From Actinomycetota bacterium (GTDB taxonomy: Bacteria; Actinomycetota; Actinomycetes; Nanopelagicales; Nanopelagicaceae), in NCBI GenBank assembly GCA_009702835.1, contig WLHF01000001.1, forward strand, positions 10,673-74,672: a stretch of 64,000 bases of DNA. The letters are read 5' to 3'. The notes under the pieces were generated by a model, which had not been told where the DNA came from, ran no database searches, and saw only the letters and a list, made by a program, of their open reading frames with translations. This document shows, piece by piece, positions 19,522 through 29,583 of the stretch (position 1 is its first letter; each line of letters opens with the position of its first letter). Position numbers and translations under genes: made by a program.

Positions 19522-22190
19522 GCCGCCCCATGACAACGCTTATATTTTTTACCGGAGCCACATGGACATGGCGCGTTGCGCGAGACTTCACCAGTTCTCT
19601 TAACACCCGACTCGTCAGATGCCGTGTACTGCAAGCCAGTTGTTGGAACTGGCTTTGCCTCAAGCCCAGCTCCTGATACTTCGTTGTTTGAACTCTCAAC
19701 AGTTATCTCGATATTAAATAAGAAGCCTGCAATCTCTTCCTTAATAGCATCCATCATCGCTGAGAAGAGCTCGTAGCCCTCACGCTGATATTCAACGAGC
19801 GGATCGCGCTGTGCCATTGCACGCAGACCAATACCCTCTTGTAGATAATCCATCTCATATAAGTGCTCACGCCATTTTCGATCTAGAACCGACAGCAAGA
19901 CCTTGCGCTCGAGCTCGCGCATGACTTCGGTGCCTAAACTCTCTTCGCGTGCGGCATAGGCTTTTTCACAGTCTTCGATAATTCTGGCGGTAATGAAATC
20001 TGCATCCAGGGCGCTGCGTGAGCTAGCTGATGTTATGAGATCCTCGACACTAAATGAGATTGGATAGATGCTCTTCACAGCGTTCCAGAGAGTATCTAAA
20101 TCCCAATCTTCGGCATATCCCTGCGACGTTGCGATATTGACATAGGCAGTTAAAGTTTCACGAACAAACTCAGCGACTTGATCCTTAATATCTTCGCCCT
20201 CAAGCACCATGCGACGCTCACCATAGATAACTTGGCGCTGACGGTTCATGACATCGTCATACTTTAAAACATTTTTACGCATCTCAAAGTTCTGCGCCTC
20301 AACCTGCGTCTGTGCAGAGCGAATTGCATTGCTCACCATCTTGGATTCAATTGGTGCATCCTCTGGAATACCAGCAGCTGTTAAGAAGCGCTCGACCATT
20401 CCTGAGTTAAATCGGCGCATGAGTTCGTCCTGCAGCGAGAGATAAAAGCGCGACTCACCAGGATCGCCCTGTCGGCCTGAACGACCACGCAGCTGGTTGT
20501 CGATGCGTCGGGACTCGTGGCGCTCGGTACCTAATACGTAGAGACCTCCGAGTGCAATAACCTCTTCATGTCCCTTAGCAACGGCCGCCTTCTGTCGTGC
20601 AATCTCATCTGGCCAGGCCGCTTCATATGCTTCGGGGTTATCGACAGGTGAAATTCCAAGGCGTTGAAGTTCGAAGTCGGCCATGAACTCTGGGTTTCCG
20701 CCGAGCATGATGTCAGTACCGCGACCTGCCATATTTGTTGCAACTGTGACTGCACCCAATACTCCAGCTCGCGCGATGATTGCAGCTTCGCGTTCGTGGT
20801 GCTTGGCGTTGAGAACTTCGTGAGGCACACCTGATTTGCGTAAAAATGCTGAGAGTTCTTCAGATTTTTCAACACTGACTGTGCCCACTAATACAGGTTG
20901 TCCTTTGCGATGCTTTTCGGCGATATCTGCAGTAACTGCTACAAATTTTCCCGCCTCTGATTTATAAACTAGGTCGGCTTGATCGATACGGACCATTTCA
21001 CGGTTAGTAGGAATCGGAACAACACCGAGTTTATAGATCTGATAAAACTCTGAAGCCTCAGTCATAGCAGTACCAGTCATACCTGATAACTTGCCGTAGA
21101 GACGGAAATAGTTCTGCAAAGTAATGGTTGCCAGCGTCTGGTTCTCATCTTTAATCTCGATGCGCTCTTTAGCTTCAAGGGCCTGATGTAGACCTTCGCT
21201 ATAGCGCCGGCCGGCTAACATTCGGCCCGTATGCTCATCAACGATTAAAAGTTCACCATTCATAACCACATAATCCTTACCGCGCTTAAAGAGCTCTTTA
21301 GCGCGCACTGCATTGTTGAGATAGCCGATCATCGGTGTATTTGCCGCCTCATAGAGGTTGCCGATCTGTAACAACTCTTCGACTTTAGTAACACCTTCTT
21401 CTAAAATTCCTACGGTCTTTTTCTTTTCATCGACTTCGTAGTGCACATCACGCTGCAACTTTCCAACGTGATTTGCGAATTCGACGTACCACTTAGTGGC
21501 CTTATCAGCAGGTCCACTGATAATTAAAGGAGTACGGGCTTCGTCGATTAAAATTGAGTCGACCTCATCGACTACTGCAAAGAAGTGATCGCGCTGAACA
21601 CACTCTTCGAGTGACCAGGCCATGTTGTCGCGTAGATAATCAAAACCAAACTCATTATTAGTGCCATATGTAATATCGGCTAAATAAGCCTCTCGTCTTT
21701 GCGCAGGTGTCATGTTGGCAAGAATTACGCCAACTTTTAAACCTAAGAAGCGATGGATTCTTCCCATCCATTCGCTATCGCGCTCTGCTAAATAATCATT
21801 AGTTGTAACAACGTGCACGCCGCGTCCTGCTAAAGCGTTGAGATAGGAAGGTAGAGTTGCAACCAGCGTCTTACCTTCTCCGGTACGCATTTCAGCGATA
21901 TTGCCACGGTGAAGGGCGGCGCCACCCATTAATTGAACGTCATAGTGGCGCTGGCCCAAGGTTCGCTTGGCCGCTTCACGGACAACGGCAAATGCCTCGG
22001 GCATCAGCTCATCTAGGCTTGCACCCTCTGAAAATCGCTTCTGAAAGAGCGCTGTCTGTGCACGTAGATCGGCATCAGAGAGTGCGCTGATGCGGGCCTC
22101 ATGTCCATTGACAACGGCAACGACCTTGCCGAGTTCGCGTAATAGGCGTCCTTCACCTGCACGCAAAATCCTGTCAAAAAACGCTGGCAT
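19518..22190 (-). CDS. secA: Preprotein translocase ATPase SecA
   Basis: [32 protein letters not shown]-terminal [13 protein letters not shown]; SD GAGAGG before MPAFF. Confidence 0.98.
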   Translation of the reverse strand: MPAFFDRILRAGEGRLLRELGKVVAVVNGHEARISALSDADLRAQTALFQKRFSEGASLDELMPEAFAVVREAAKRTLGQRHYDVQLMGGAALHRGNIAEMRTGEGKTLVATLPSYLNALAGRGVHVVTTNDYLAERDSEWMGRIHRFLGLKVGVILANMTPAQRREAYLADITYGTNNEFGFDYLRDNMAWSLEECVQRDHFFAVVDEVDSILIDEARTPLIISGPADKATKWYVEFANHVGKLQRDVHYEVDEKKKTVGILEEGVTKVEELLQIGNLYEAANTPMIGYLNNAVRAKELFKRGKDYVVMNGELLIVDEHTGRMLAGRRYSEGLHQALEAKERIEIKDENQTLATITLQNYFRLYGKLSGMTGTAMTEASEFYQIYKLGVVPIPTNREMVRIDQADLVYKSEAGKFVAVTADIAEKHRKGQPVLVGTVSVEKSEELSAFLRKSGVPHEVLNAKHHEREAAIIARAGVLGAVTVATNMAGRGTDIMLGGNPEFMADFELQRLGISPVDNPEAYEAAWPDEIARQKAAVAKGHEEVIALGGLYVLGTERHESRRIDNQLRGRSGRQGDPGESRFYLSLQDELMRRFNSGMVERFLTAAGIPEDAPIESKMVSNAIRSAQTQVEAQNFEMRKNVLKYDDVMNRQRQVIYGERRMVLEGEDIKDQVAEFVRETLTAYVNIATSQGYAEDWDLDTLWNAVKSIYPISFSVEDLITSASSRSALDADFITARIIEDCEKAYAAREESLGTEVMRELERKVLLSVLDRKWREHLYEMDYLQEGIGLRAMAQRDPLVEYQREGYELFSAMMDAIKEEIAGFLFNIEITVESSNNEVSGAGLEAKPVPTTGLQYTASDESGVKRTGEVSRNAPCPCGSGKKYKRCHGAA

Positions 22191-22229
22191 CGCTAGAACC
22201 TCTCGCACATCATTGCTGAATCAACCCTC

Positions 22230-22865
22230 CTATCGTAGAGGTTGGGCCACGCAAGCGGTAACCGAGGCGATAGGGCGAAAACCCTGGTTCATAAGGGCTC
22301 TAGCCGCCTCGCACAAGGTGGCACCCGTCGTGACAACGTCATCGATGAGTATGAGATCCCCACGTGGATACGCACCTCTCTTAAGAGCAAATGCGCCCTG
22401 CATATTGCGAGCCCGTGCGCAGGCATGTAAGCCGCTCTGGTCACGAACTTTTCGTACGAGCTCGAGAGAATCAGATACTGGGTAGCCCGTGCGCAGCGAA
22501 ATACTGCCAGCGATATCGACAATAAAACTCCGACCGCGTCTGCGACGAGCAGAGGCTGACGATGGAATAGGGACTAATTGGATATTGTGTTTGTCAAAAT
22601 TTCCTTGCAATAAAACATGAACAATTGCATCAATGATGAGTGCATCGGCGCCTTTTAAGCCACTCTCTTTTGCAGCAAGAACGATCTTGCTAGCCGTTGC
22701 CGAATACAGTACCGCTGAATGAACTCGTAACTGCGAAATATGTGTCGAGTAATAATGAGGATGCCATTCGCGCCGACAAGAAGAACAGATTGATAATCCA
22801 ATTTTATTGCATCCAAAGCATCGAATAGGAAAGAGAAGTTGACTTAGCGCTTCAATCGTGGGCAT
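22230..22865 (-). CDS. comF: ComF family phosphoribosyltransferase-like protein
   Basis: N-terminal CxxC...CxxC, LVPIP, LIDDVVTTGATL. Confidence 0.9.
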   Translation of the reverse strand: MPTIEALSQLLFPIRCFGCNKIGLSICSSCRREWHPHYYSTHISQLRVHSAVLYSATASKIVLAAKESGLKGADALIIDAIVHVLLQGNFDKHNIQLVPIPSSASARRRRGRSFIVDIAGSISLRTGYPVSDSLELVRKVRDQSGLHACARARNMQGAFALKRGAYPRGDLILIDDVVTTGATLCEAARALMNQGFRPIASVTACVAQPLR

Positions 22866-22913
22866 TACGCGAGGTTATAAGCCAGAAATAAGGCTCAAAT
22901 TTACTTGTGGAAA

Positions 22914-24464
22914 CTATTCGTAAAAATCATCGGGCTGTAGTTTTATCAAACGGGTTGTGACTTGTGCCCTGGCCTGTCGCGGAAGCGTCAGTACAAAGTG
23001 TGCACCTTTTCCGGGTCTGCCCCAAGCTTCGAGCTCGCCGTTATGCAAACGTGCATCCTCGAGTGCGATAGAGAGCCCTAGGCCCGTACCTCCACGCGTA
23101 CGTGCGCGCGAAGGATCTGCGCGCCAGAATCGGTCAAAGACTCTTATTAATGTTGATTCATCGAGTCCAATCCCAAAGTCACGGACGCCTATCGCTACAT
23201 CGTGCTCGCTTGCAACAATCGAAACTGCGATTGGTTTTTCCTCGGCGTGATCGATTGCGTTGGAAAATAAGTTACGCAGAATACGCTCAACTCGTCGTAT
23301 ATCGGCCCTGATAATGACGCTTTCTTCACGTGCATATATCCGCAGCTCCGTGGAACGCTCTTTGGCTACGAGAGCCAAATCGTCGGCGCAGCGATTGGCT
23401 AGTCCGACAAGATCGAAGTCAACGGCTTCAAGTACCGCAACCTCGGCATCGAAGCGGCTAATTTCAAGCAAATCTTCGAGTAGTCGTTCAAATCGATCGA
23501 GCTGAGCGACCATAAGCTCAGAGCTTCGCGCAAGAATGGGATCAAAACCTTCACGTGCTGAGTTAATGATCTCAGATGCCATACGCAGAGTTGTGAGAGG
23601 AGTGCGCAGTTCATGCGAGACATCGGATACAAATCTCTGCTGAACGCGAGAGAGGTTTTCAAGTCTGGCAATCTGTTTTTCGAGAGACTCAGCCATTTCG
23701 TTGAATGCATTACCTAGGGTAGATATCTCATCCTCTGAGCGCACCTTCATACGTTCAGAAAAATTGCCAGCAGTGAACTGAGTTGCAATTAATGCTGCTT
23801 GGCGAACAGGGCGGACAACTTGCCTGATAACAAGCCAGGTAATTAGCCCAATCAGAATGATTAAGAAAAAACCTGTTAGTAAAAGATAATTTGCAATGAG
23901 TTTAAGTGTTGTATTTTGGTTAACAAGTGAGTAAAGAATATACATCTCATACTGTCCAGCGTTCGGGATCGTTACTTTTTGGCCTACCGCCAACCCTGCT
24001 ATACGGGCGCCATTAACATAATGTATCGAGATGTAGCTAAATGCATAATCATCACTTTTGCGGGTCTTCTTGCTTAAAGACTCTGGAATAGATTTGGGGT
24101 CCACTAAATTAGATGTGATTTCATAATTAAAATCTCTAGAGTTTTCCGGACTTTTTAAGAATACAACTTCTCGTGCACTTTCATTTGTAGTCAACGATGT
24201 TGCAGAGGCAATTACGTCATTAATTACTTTCCTTACTGCGAGATTTTTTTCACCACGTGCTAAAATAAGTCGGTACTGAGCGCTAAAGATTGTCGAGTTC
24301 GCCTCGACGATGGATGATTGAAGATTTACCTTTTTAATACCTGCAGATAACTGTGAATTAAGCGCTGATCCAGCGACATAAATAACGCCCAAGCACAGTA
24401 CTAGCGTTGAAATAATTACTTTGGGTGCTAGTGATTTGCGAAATGCAGAGACCATGCGGTTCAT
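22914..24464 (-). CDS. mtrB: Sensor histidine kinase MtrB
   Basis: HAMP; QQRFVSDVSHELRTPLTT, RFWRADPSRARTRGGTGLGL; follows mtrA. Confidence 0.93.
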   Translation of the reverse strand: MNRMVSAFRKSLAPKVIISTLVLCLGVIYVAGSALNSQLSAGIKKVNLQSSIVEANSTIFSAQYRLILARGEKNLAVRKVINDVIASATSLTTNESAREVVFLKSPENSRDFNYEITSNLVDPKSIPESLSKKTRKSDDYAFSYISIHYVNGARIAGLAVGQKVTIPNAGQYEMYILYSLVNQNTTLKLIANYLLLTGFFLIILIGLITWLVIRQVVRPVRQAALIATQFTAGNFSERMKVRSEDEISTLGNAFNEMAESLEKQIARLENLSRVQQRFVSDVSHELRTPLTTLRMASEIINSAREGFDPILARSSELMVAQLDRFERLLEDLLEISRFDAEVAVLEAVDFDLVGLANRCADDLALVAKERSTELRIYAREESVIIRADIRRVERILRNLFSNAIDHAEEKPIAVSIVASEHDVAIGVRDFGIGLDESTLIRVFDRFWRADPSRARTRGGTGLGLSIALEDARLHNGELEAWGRPGKGAHFVLTLPRQARAQVTTRLIKLQPDDFYE

Positions 24465-24467
24465 GAG

Positions 24468-25154
24468 TTACGAACTGCCCATCACTCCAGCTTTATATCC
24501 AACACCGCGCACAGTTACGACAATCTCTGGTCGCTCTGGATCGTGCTCGATTTTGGCACGCAACCTCTGCACGTGGACATTGACTAAGCGTGTATCGGTT
24601 GAGTGGCGATATCCCCATACTTCGCTGAGCAATGCATCCCGAGTGAAAACCCGCCCAGGCTCTTTTGCAAGGGCTACCAATAAATCAAACTCAAGACGTG
24701 TAAGGGCGATTTGTTTTCCCGCACGTTGAACTTGATGGGCCGTGACATCAATAGCCAAATCTCTAATAGTGAGCAGACCTAAGACATCGGTGTTTGTACG
24801 TCGCAGGCGAGTGCGAATTCGTGCAACGAGTTCGGATGGATGTTTAAAGGGTTTAACCATGTAATCATCGGCTCCGGCTTCAAGGCCTTGTACTACATCG
24901 TGCGAGTCGCCTTTGGCACTGAGCATAATTATTGGCACCATGGATTCGGCTCGGATTAATCGACAGACTTCGATCCCATCAAGTCCTGGCAACATGACAT
25001 CGAGTAGAACTAAATCCGGTGGATTATTGCGAAAAACTTCGAGCGCTTCATCTCCGCGACTTACAAGGTCAACATCGATTCCTGCTCCAGTTAAAACAAT
25101 ACCGAGCATTTCTGAGAGGTCTTGATCGTCATCGACAACCATAACCAAGGTCAT
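24468..25154 (-). CDS. mtrA: Response regulator MtrA
   Basis: DTRLVNVHVQRLRAKIEHDPERPEIVVTVRGVGYKAG. Confidence 0.96.
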   Translation of the reverse strand: MTLVMVVDDDQDLSEMLGIVLTGAGIDVDLVSRGDEALEVFRNNPPDLVLLDVMLPGLDGIEVCRLIRAESMVPIIMLSAKGDSHDVVQGLEAGADDYMVKPFKHPSELVARIRTRLRRTNTDVLGLLTIRDLAIDVTAHQVQRAGKQIALTRLEFDLLVALAKEPGRVFTRDALLSEVWGYRHSTDTRLVNVHVQRLRAKIEHDPERPEIVVTVRGVGYKAGVMGSS

Positions 25155-26440
25155 TAGCTACCGTGCTCCCAAGAGTTCAAGTACATATCTTGAGCAGGTG
25201 TGAGAACATCGATATGTCCACCCATACTGATCAGCTTCAGGCTTGCAACTTCCTTATCGATATATGTTGGAACATCATGTACACCAGGCTTTAAGTTCTT
25301 GGCTTCTTTAACTAAGTACTCAGCTGTTAGTGCCTGATCTGAGAAAGACATATCCATAACAGATGCTGGGTGGCCTTCGGCAGCACCCAAATTCACTAAG
25401 CGGCCCTCTGCTAGAAGTAACAAGCGTCGGCCATCGGCCAACACATACTCATCTGTTTGATGGCGCATCTTTGCGTTCTTAACCTTTGAGTTCTGCTCAA
25501 GCCATGCAACATCAATTTCAATGTCAAAGTGACCAGAGTTAGCCATGATTGCGCCATCCTTCATCACCTGGAAATGCTCTTCGCGAAGCACATCACGATT
25601 ACCGGTAACGGTAATAAAGACATCTCCTACCTTTGCTGCATCCATCATTGGCATAACACGGAAGCCTTGCATCATTGCATCGAGTGCTTTAGTCGGATCA
25701 ATCTCAGTGATGATGACATCGGCGCCCATTCCCTTAGCGCGCTCTGCAACACCCTTGCCGCAATATCCAAAGCCAGCGACAACTAAGATGCGTCCTGCAA
25801 GTAAAAAGTTAGTTGAACGAAAGACGGCATCGAGTGTTGATTGACCAGTACCGTAGCGATTATCAAACATATGCTTTGTATCTGTGTCATTAACTGCAAT
25901 CATTGGGAACTGTAGTGCGCCATCTTTAGCCATCTGATTAAGGCGAATAACACCTGTGGTCGTCTCCTCACAGCCGCCGGCGATATTTGCAATTAACTCT
26001 TTGCGTGTTGTATGAAGCGTGTTAACGAGGTCACAGCCATCGTCGAATACTTGGTGCGGTGCGATATCAAGGGCTGCATTGATGTGCGCGTAGTAGCCAT
26101 CACGATCAACGGCGTTACGTGCAAATACAGAGATTCCATATTCGTGGACTAGAGCCGCAGCAGTGTCATCCTGAGTTGAGAGTGGATTTGAGGCACATAG
26201 TGCGATCTCAGCACCTCCCGCTTTTAGAACGCGCATAAGGTTTGCTGTCTCGGTTGTGACGTGCATACATGCAGCGATTCGAACGCCGACAAATGGCTGT
26301 GACTTTTCAAAACGCTCACGGATCTGAGCAAGAACTGGCATGTTGCGCTCTGCCCACTCAATGCGCTTTCGACCTTGAGATGCAAGGGAGGCATCAGCGA
26401 TGTCATGGCGTGGAAGAGTTGAAGTAACTGGTGAGTTCAC
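25154..26440 (-). CDS. ahcY: Adenosylhomocysteinase (short form)
   Basis: [40 protein letters not shown]; SD AAGGAG before GTG. Confidence 0.96.
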   Translation of the reverse strand: MNSPVTSTLPRHDIADASLASQGRKRIEWAERNMPVLAQIRERFEKSQPFVGVRIAACMHVTTETANLMRVLKAGGAEIALCASNPLSTQDDTAAALVHEYGISVFARNAVDRDGYYAHINAALDIAPHQVFDDGCDLVNTLHTTRKELIANIAGGCEETTTGVIRLNQMAKDGALQFPMIAVNDTDTKHMFDNRYGTGQSTLDAVFRSTNFLLAGRILVVAGFGYCGKGVAERAKGMGADVIITEIDPTKALDAMMQGFRVMPMMDAAKVGDVFITVTGNRDVLREEHFQVMKDGAIMANSGHFDIEIDVAWLEQNSKVKNAKMRHQTDEYVLADGRRLLLLAEGRLVNLGAAEGHPASVMDMSFSDQALTAEYLVKEAKNLKPGVHDVPTYIDKEVASLKLISMGGHIDVLTPAQDMYLNSWEHGS

Positions 26441-26488
26441 GAAAAGCTCCTTATGCGGTCGAATCTATAGGTGCTTAGGTTACTACTC

Positions 26489-27850
26489 TTAGGCTAAAGC
26501 GAGTAATGAGAGAAGCTCATCACGTAGCTTTTTCATAGCCACAGCCGTCTTTGCTTCAACGTTAAGGCGCAATAGGGGTTCGGTGTTAGAGGGCCGCAGA
26601 TTGAACCACCATGTGTCGCCAATAACACTAAGTCCATCAAGGTGGTCGACCTCAACTGCCTTGCGCGCCGAAAAGGTTTTCTCAATATGGGCCATCGCTG
26701 CCTGTGCATCTATTACCGTTAAGTTTATTTCGCCACTACATACATAGCGCTGATAAGGCGCCAATATCTGCGACATCGATTTCTTTGATTCACCAAGGGC
26801 GGCGATTGCATGAAGAGCGGCCAATGCTCCAGAGTCAGCGCGCCAAAACTCTTTAAAGTAAAAGTGGCCTGAGTGCTCACCGCCAAAGATAGCCTCACTC
26901 TCAGCCATCATCGCTTTAATGTAGGAGTGTCCGACACGGCTGCGCAATCCAGTTCCACCATTTTCCTGAATAACTTCGAGGACTGCGCGTGATGAGATTA
27001 AGTTATAGATAATTGTTGATCCAGGGTGTTTTTCTAATTCGCGGTGAGCTATCAAAGATGTGAGATCAGATGGATTGATGGCTAGACCATTTTCATCAAC
27101 AAGGAAACATCTATCTGCATCACCATCAAATGCCAGGCCCAAATCTGCTTTATGTTTCATTACCGCGCGTTGTAAATCGCGCAGATTATCTGGATCTATG
27201 GGATTGGCCTCGTGATTAGGAAAACTGCCATCGAGCTCGTAATACAAAGGAATTACGCTGCAGTTGAGTCGAGCGAAAATTGCAGGAGCGGTATGCCCAG
27301 CCATTCCATTTCCCGCATCGATTACAAGAGTCAGTGGGCGAATTGAATCGAGATTAACTAGGCTCAATAAGTGATCTACATACTTTTCGAGCATATCTTG
27401 CTTTGTTTCAACACCTACTGAACGAATTTCAAGGGGCGAGCCTTCGCGAACAAATCTTTCAATTACTTGAAGTCCAGACTCTCTGCCTATTGGGCGAGCG
27501 CTACTCAGACATAGTTTTATGCCGTTATAGGCGGCAGGGTTATGGCTTGCAGTAAACATCGCACCTGGTAGTCCAAGTTTTCCAGAGGCAAAGTACAACA
27601 TATCTGTTGATGCTAATCCGATGCGAATTACATCAAGGCCGGTAGATGTAACACCGGCAGAGAAGGCATCGGCTAATGCCGGCGATGATGGTCGCATATC
27701 TTGAGCTACTACAACGGTTGCAGGTTGGCGCTCTTGTTGTAAGAAGCGCGCAAAAGCTAAGCCCGTTGCAAATGTAAAATCAGGTGTTATCTCAGAGTCA
27801 ACGAGTCCACGAATATCGTAGGCCTTAAAAATATCCGGGGTCTGGTTCAT
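26489..27850 (-). CDS. manB: Phosphomannomutase/phosphoglucomutase
   Basis: FKAYDIRG, TASHNP, FDGDADR, GGEHSGHFYF, RPSNTEP. Confidence 0.93.
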   Translation of the reverse strand: MNQTPDIFKAYDIRGLVDSEITPDFTFATGLAFARFLQQERQPATVVVAQDMRPSSPALADAFSAGVTSTGLDVIRIGLASTDMLYFASGKLGLPGAMFTASHNPAAYNGIKLCLSSARPIGRESGLQVIERFVREGSPLEIRSVGVETKQDMLEKYVDHLLSLVNLDSIRPLTLVIDAGNGMAGHTAPAIFARLNCSVIPLYYELDGSFPNHEANPIDPDNLRDLQRAVMKHKADLGLAFDGDADRCFLVDENGLAINPSDLTSLIAHRELEKHPGSTIIYNLISSRAVLEVIQENGGTGLRSRVGHSYIKAMMAESEAIFGGEHSGHFYFKEFWRADSGALAALHAIAALGESKKSMSQILAPYQRYVCSGEINLTVIDAQAAMAHIEKTFSARKAVEVDHLDGLSVIGDTWWFNLRPSNTEPLLRLNVEAKTAVAMKKLRDELLSLLALA

Positions 27851-27859
27851 GTAAAGCTG

Positions 27860-28237
27860 CTACGACGGAACTGCTCGAAGATGACCTCTACGACCGATCT
27901 GAGTATGCGAACTATCGTTATTCATATTTTCTTGAGAATCTGTTGTACTCGGTGGCATCGCAACTTCTCGCACCGCATCGGCTATAGCCATAAGATCATC
28001 ATCAGAGGGTCCTTGTTCGGCGCCAGATAGCTCCTGTTTAATAACACTCCACCCATGGGGCACTTTTAATCGTTCGCCATGCATCACACATAAGTCATAG
28101 GCATGCGGTTCGCTAAAAGTTGCAAGTGGCCCAACAACGGCCATTGATTCGGCATAGACATAGGTAAGGGTCATCGTCGCAATAGAGCGGCAGCCCACGC
28201 GAGAACAGCCGCGCCCTAACTTTGCCTGTGAACTCAT
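27860..28237 (-). CDS. DUF3499 family protein
   Basis: CSRVGC...TLTYVY...EPHAYDLC...DDLMAIADAVRE...RRGHLR. Confidence 0.85.
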   Translation of the reverse strand: MSSQAKLGRGCSRVGCRSIATMTLTYVYAESMAVVGPLATFSEPHAYDLCVMHGERLKVPHGWSVIKQELSGAEQGPSDDDLMAIADAVREVAMPPSTTDSQENMNNDSSHTQIGRRGHLRAVPS

Positions 28238-28278
28238 ACCTGCAAGATTAGTGGGCAGTTAGCCTTTTCTTGGGATTG

Positions 28279-29583
28279 TCATGGATTTAAAACTCTAATG
28301 TTTGAGAGCGGAATTTCTACCCGCGTCAAAAGGCTTCCTGGAGTGATAGGTAGATACCCGTAACCGTTCTCGGATGCAATCAGTGCGCCGGCAAATGTAT
28401 TGGTACTAGTTTTAATAATTGATATAGAGCGTGCGGCATTTGGTAGGCGCCATATCGCGAAATCGCTGCCCTTGATCGTGGCTAGCGATTTCTTACCGTT
28501 GATGTAGACCACCTCGACCTTGACTGCAATTGAATCTGCAGCAAAGGCGATCAGTGGTGAAAGGCCTGTAACCGCCATAGTCATCGGGACAAGAGCCGGT
28601 GTTGGAACGCTCCAAACAAAGTCTTTTCGCCCCTTAACCGTTACTTGTGATGAGATCGCAGCGACTATCGGCTCATCGGATTTTATCCGTACGGCAAAAG
28701 CGCTGGAAGAAATTTTGGGCGAGAGCGATAGCTCAGTCACAATGCCCGCTGGCGTAGTCTGTGAGTTAAAGCCGACAGGCACGAAAACTCCATCGGCCGA
28801 TATGAGTTCGAGAGTGAAGTGCGCATCGACATCTGATGGTGTCAAGATTCGAAGCGTGTGTGTGCCGGCCTCTTTTTGATTTTTCTTAGCAAGTTGATGT
28901 GGGATAGCTGCAATTACCAGAGTTGTGCCGGCCGAAGCTATTGGATTAACAAAGTCGCCGCCCAATGCTTTAAGCCCGGCACCAAGCTCATCGATCATAA
29001 AAGCATTAATGCGACCTGAGCGCGGAAGCACGTGAACTGTTAAGGCTTTATCTCCTGTGGCTAAGGAATCTAACCTCAGTGTTTCATAACTCTTGGCTTT
29101 GAGGTTAATGGAAATCAGCGGCTGTTTTCCATTTTCAGAGTAAGCCTGCACATCGACAATAGCCTCGCTTAATCCACTATTGATGATAATTAACTTTCCG
29201 CGAGTTGTTACATCAGAACTTCCACCGACAAACCATTGTGATGCCATTGGACCTGAACAGATAGCGCCTCCGGCCCAACTGCCTGCTCGACTCTGCCACA
29301 CAACAGGTGTTACGCCGGTTGCCGATATTACAAGTGGGTTTTTAGCTACTGGATAACGAAGGACGTTAAATGGAATAGTTTTTGTACTTCGATTTTCAAG
29401 GCGTTGAAACTCTGTCTTGCGCGATGAGACTGAGATCTGAGAGGACAGACCGCTCAATGTTGGTGGACATACAACTGCTGGATAAGACTCTGAATAAACC
29501 GAATTATCAGTCGTCACAGTTAAGAGAGTTGCCAGCATAAATGAGAGTGCAAGGGCGATAAGAGTCGATAGTGCGCGCTTCAT
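28279..29583 (-). CDS. DUF5719-like secreted protein
   Basis: N-terminal TM/signal, C..P...QWFVGG, beta-rich; conserved position after the large GT2; ATGA overlap. Confidence 0.7.
   Translation of the reverse strand: MKRALSTLIALALSFMLATLLTVTTDNSVYSESYPAVVCPPTLSGLSSQISVSSRKTEFQRLENRSTKTIPFNVLRYPVAKNPLVISATGVTPVVWQSRAGSWAGGAICSGPMASQWFVGGSSDVTTRGKLIIINSGLSEAIVDVQAYSENGKQPLISINLKAKSYETLRLDSLATGDKALTVHVLPRSGRINAFMIDELGAGLKALGGDFVNPIASAGTTLVIAAIPHQLAKKNQKEAGTHTLRILTPSDVDAHFTLELISADGVFVPVGFNSQTTPAGIVTELSLSPKISSSAFAVRIKSDEPIVAAISSQVTVKGRKDFVWSVPTPALVPMTMAVTGLSPLIAFAADSIAVKVEVVYINGKKSLATIKGSDFAIWRLPNAARSISIIKTSTNTFAGALIASENGYGYLPITPGSLLTRVEIPLSNIRVLNP

Noticed and set aside
26441-26488. SAH/SAM riboswitch upstream of ahcY
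   Set aside because: The gap is only 48 bp and holds a -10 (TAACCT) and an SD; it is too short and shows no aptamer motif.
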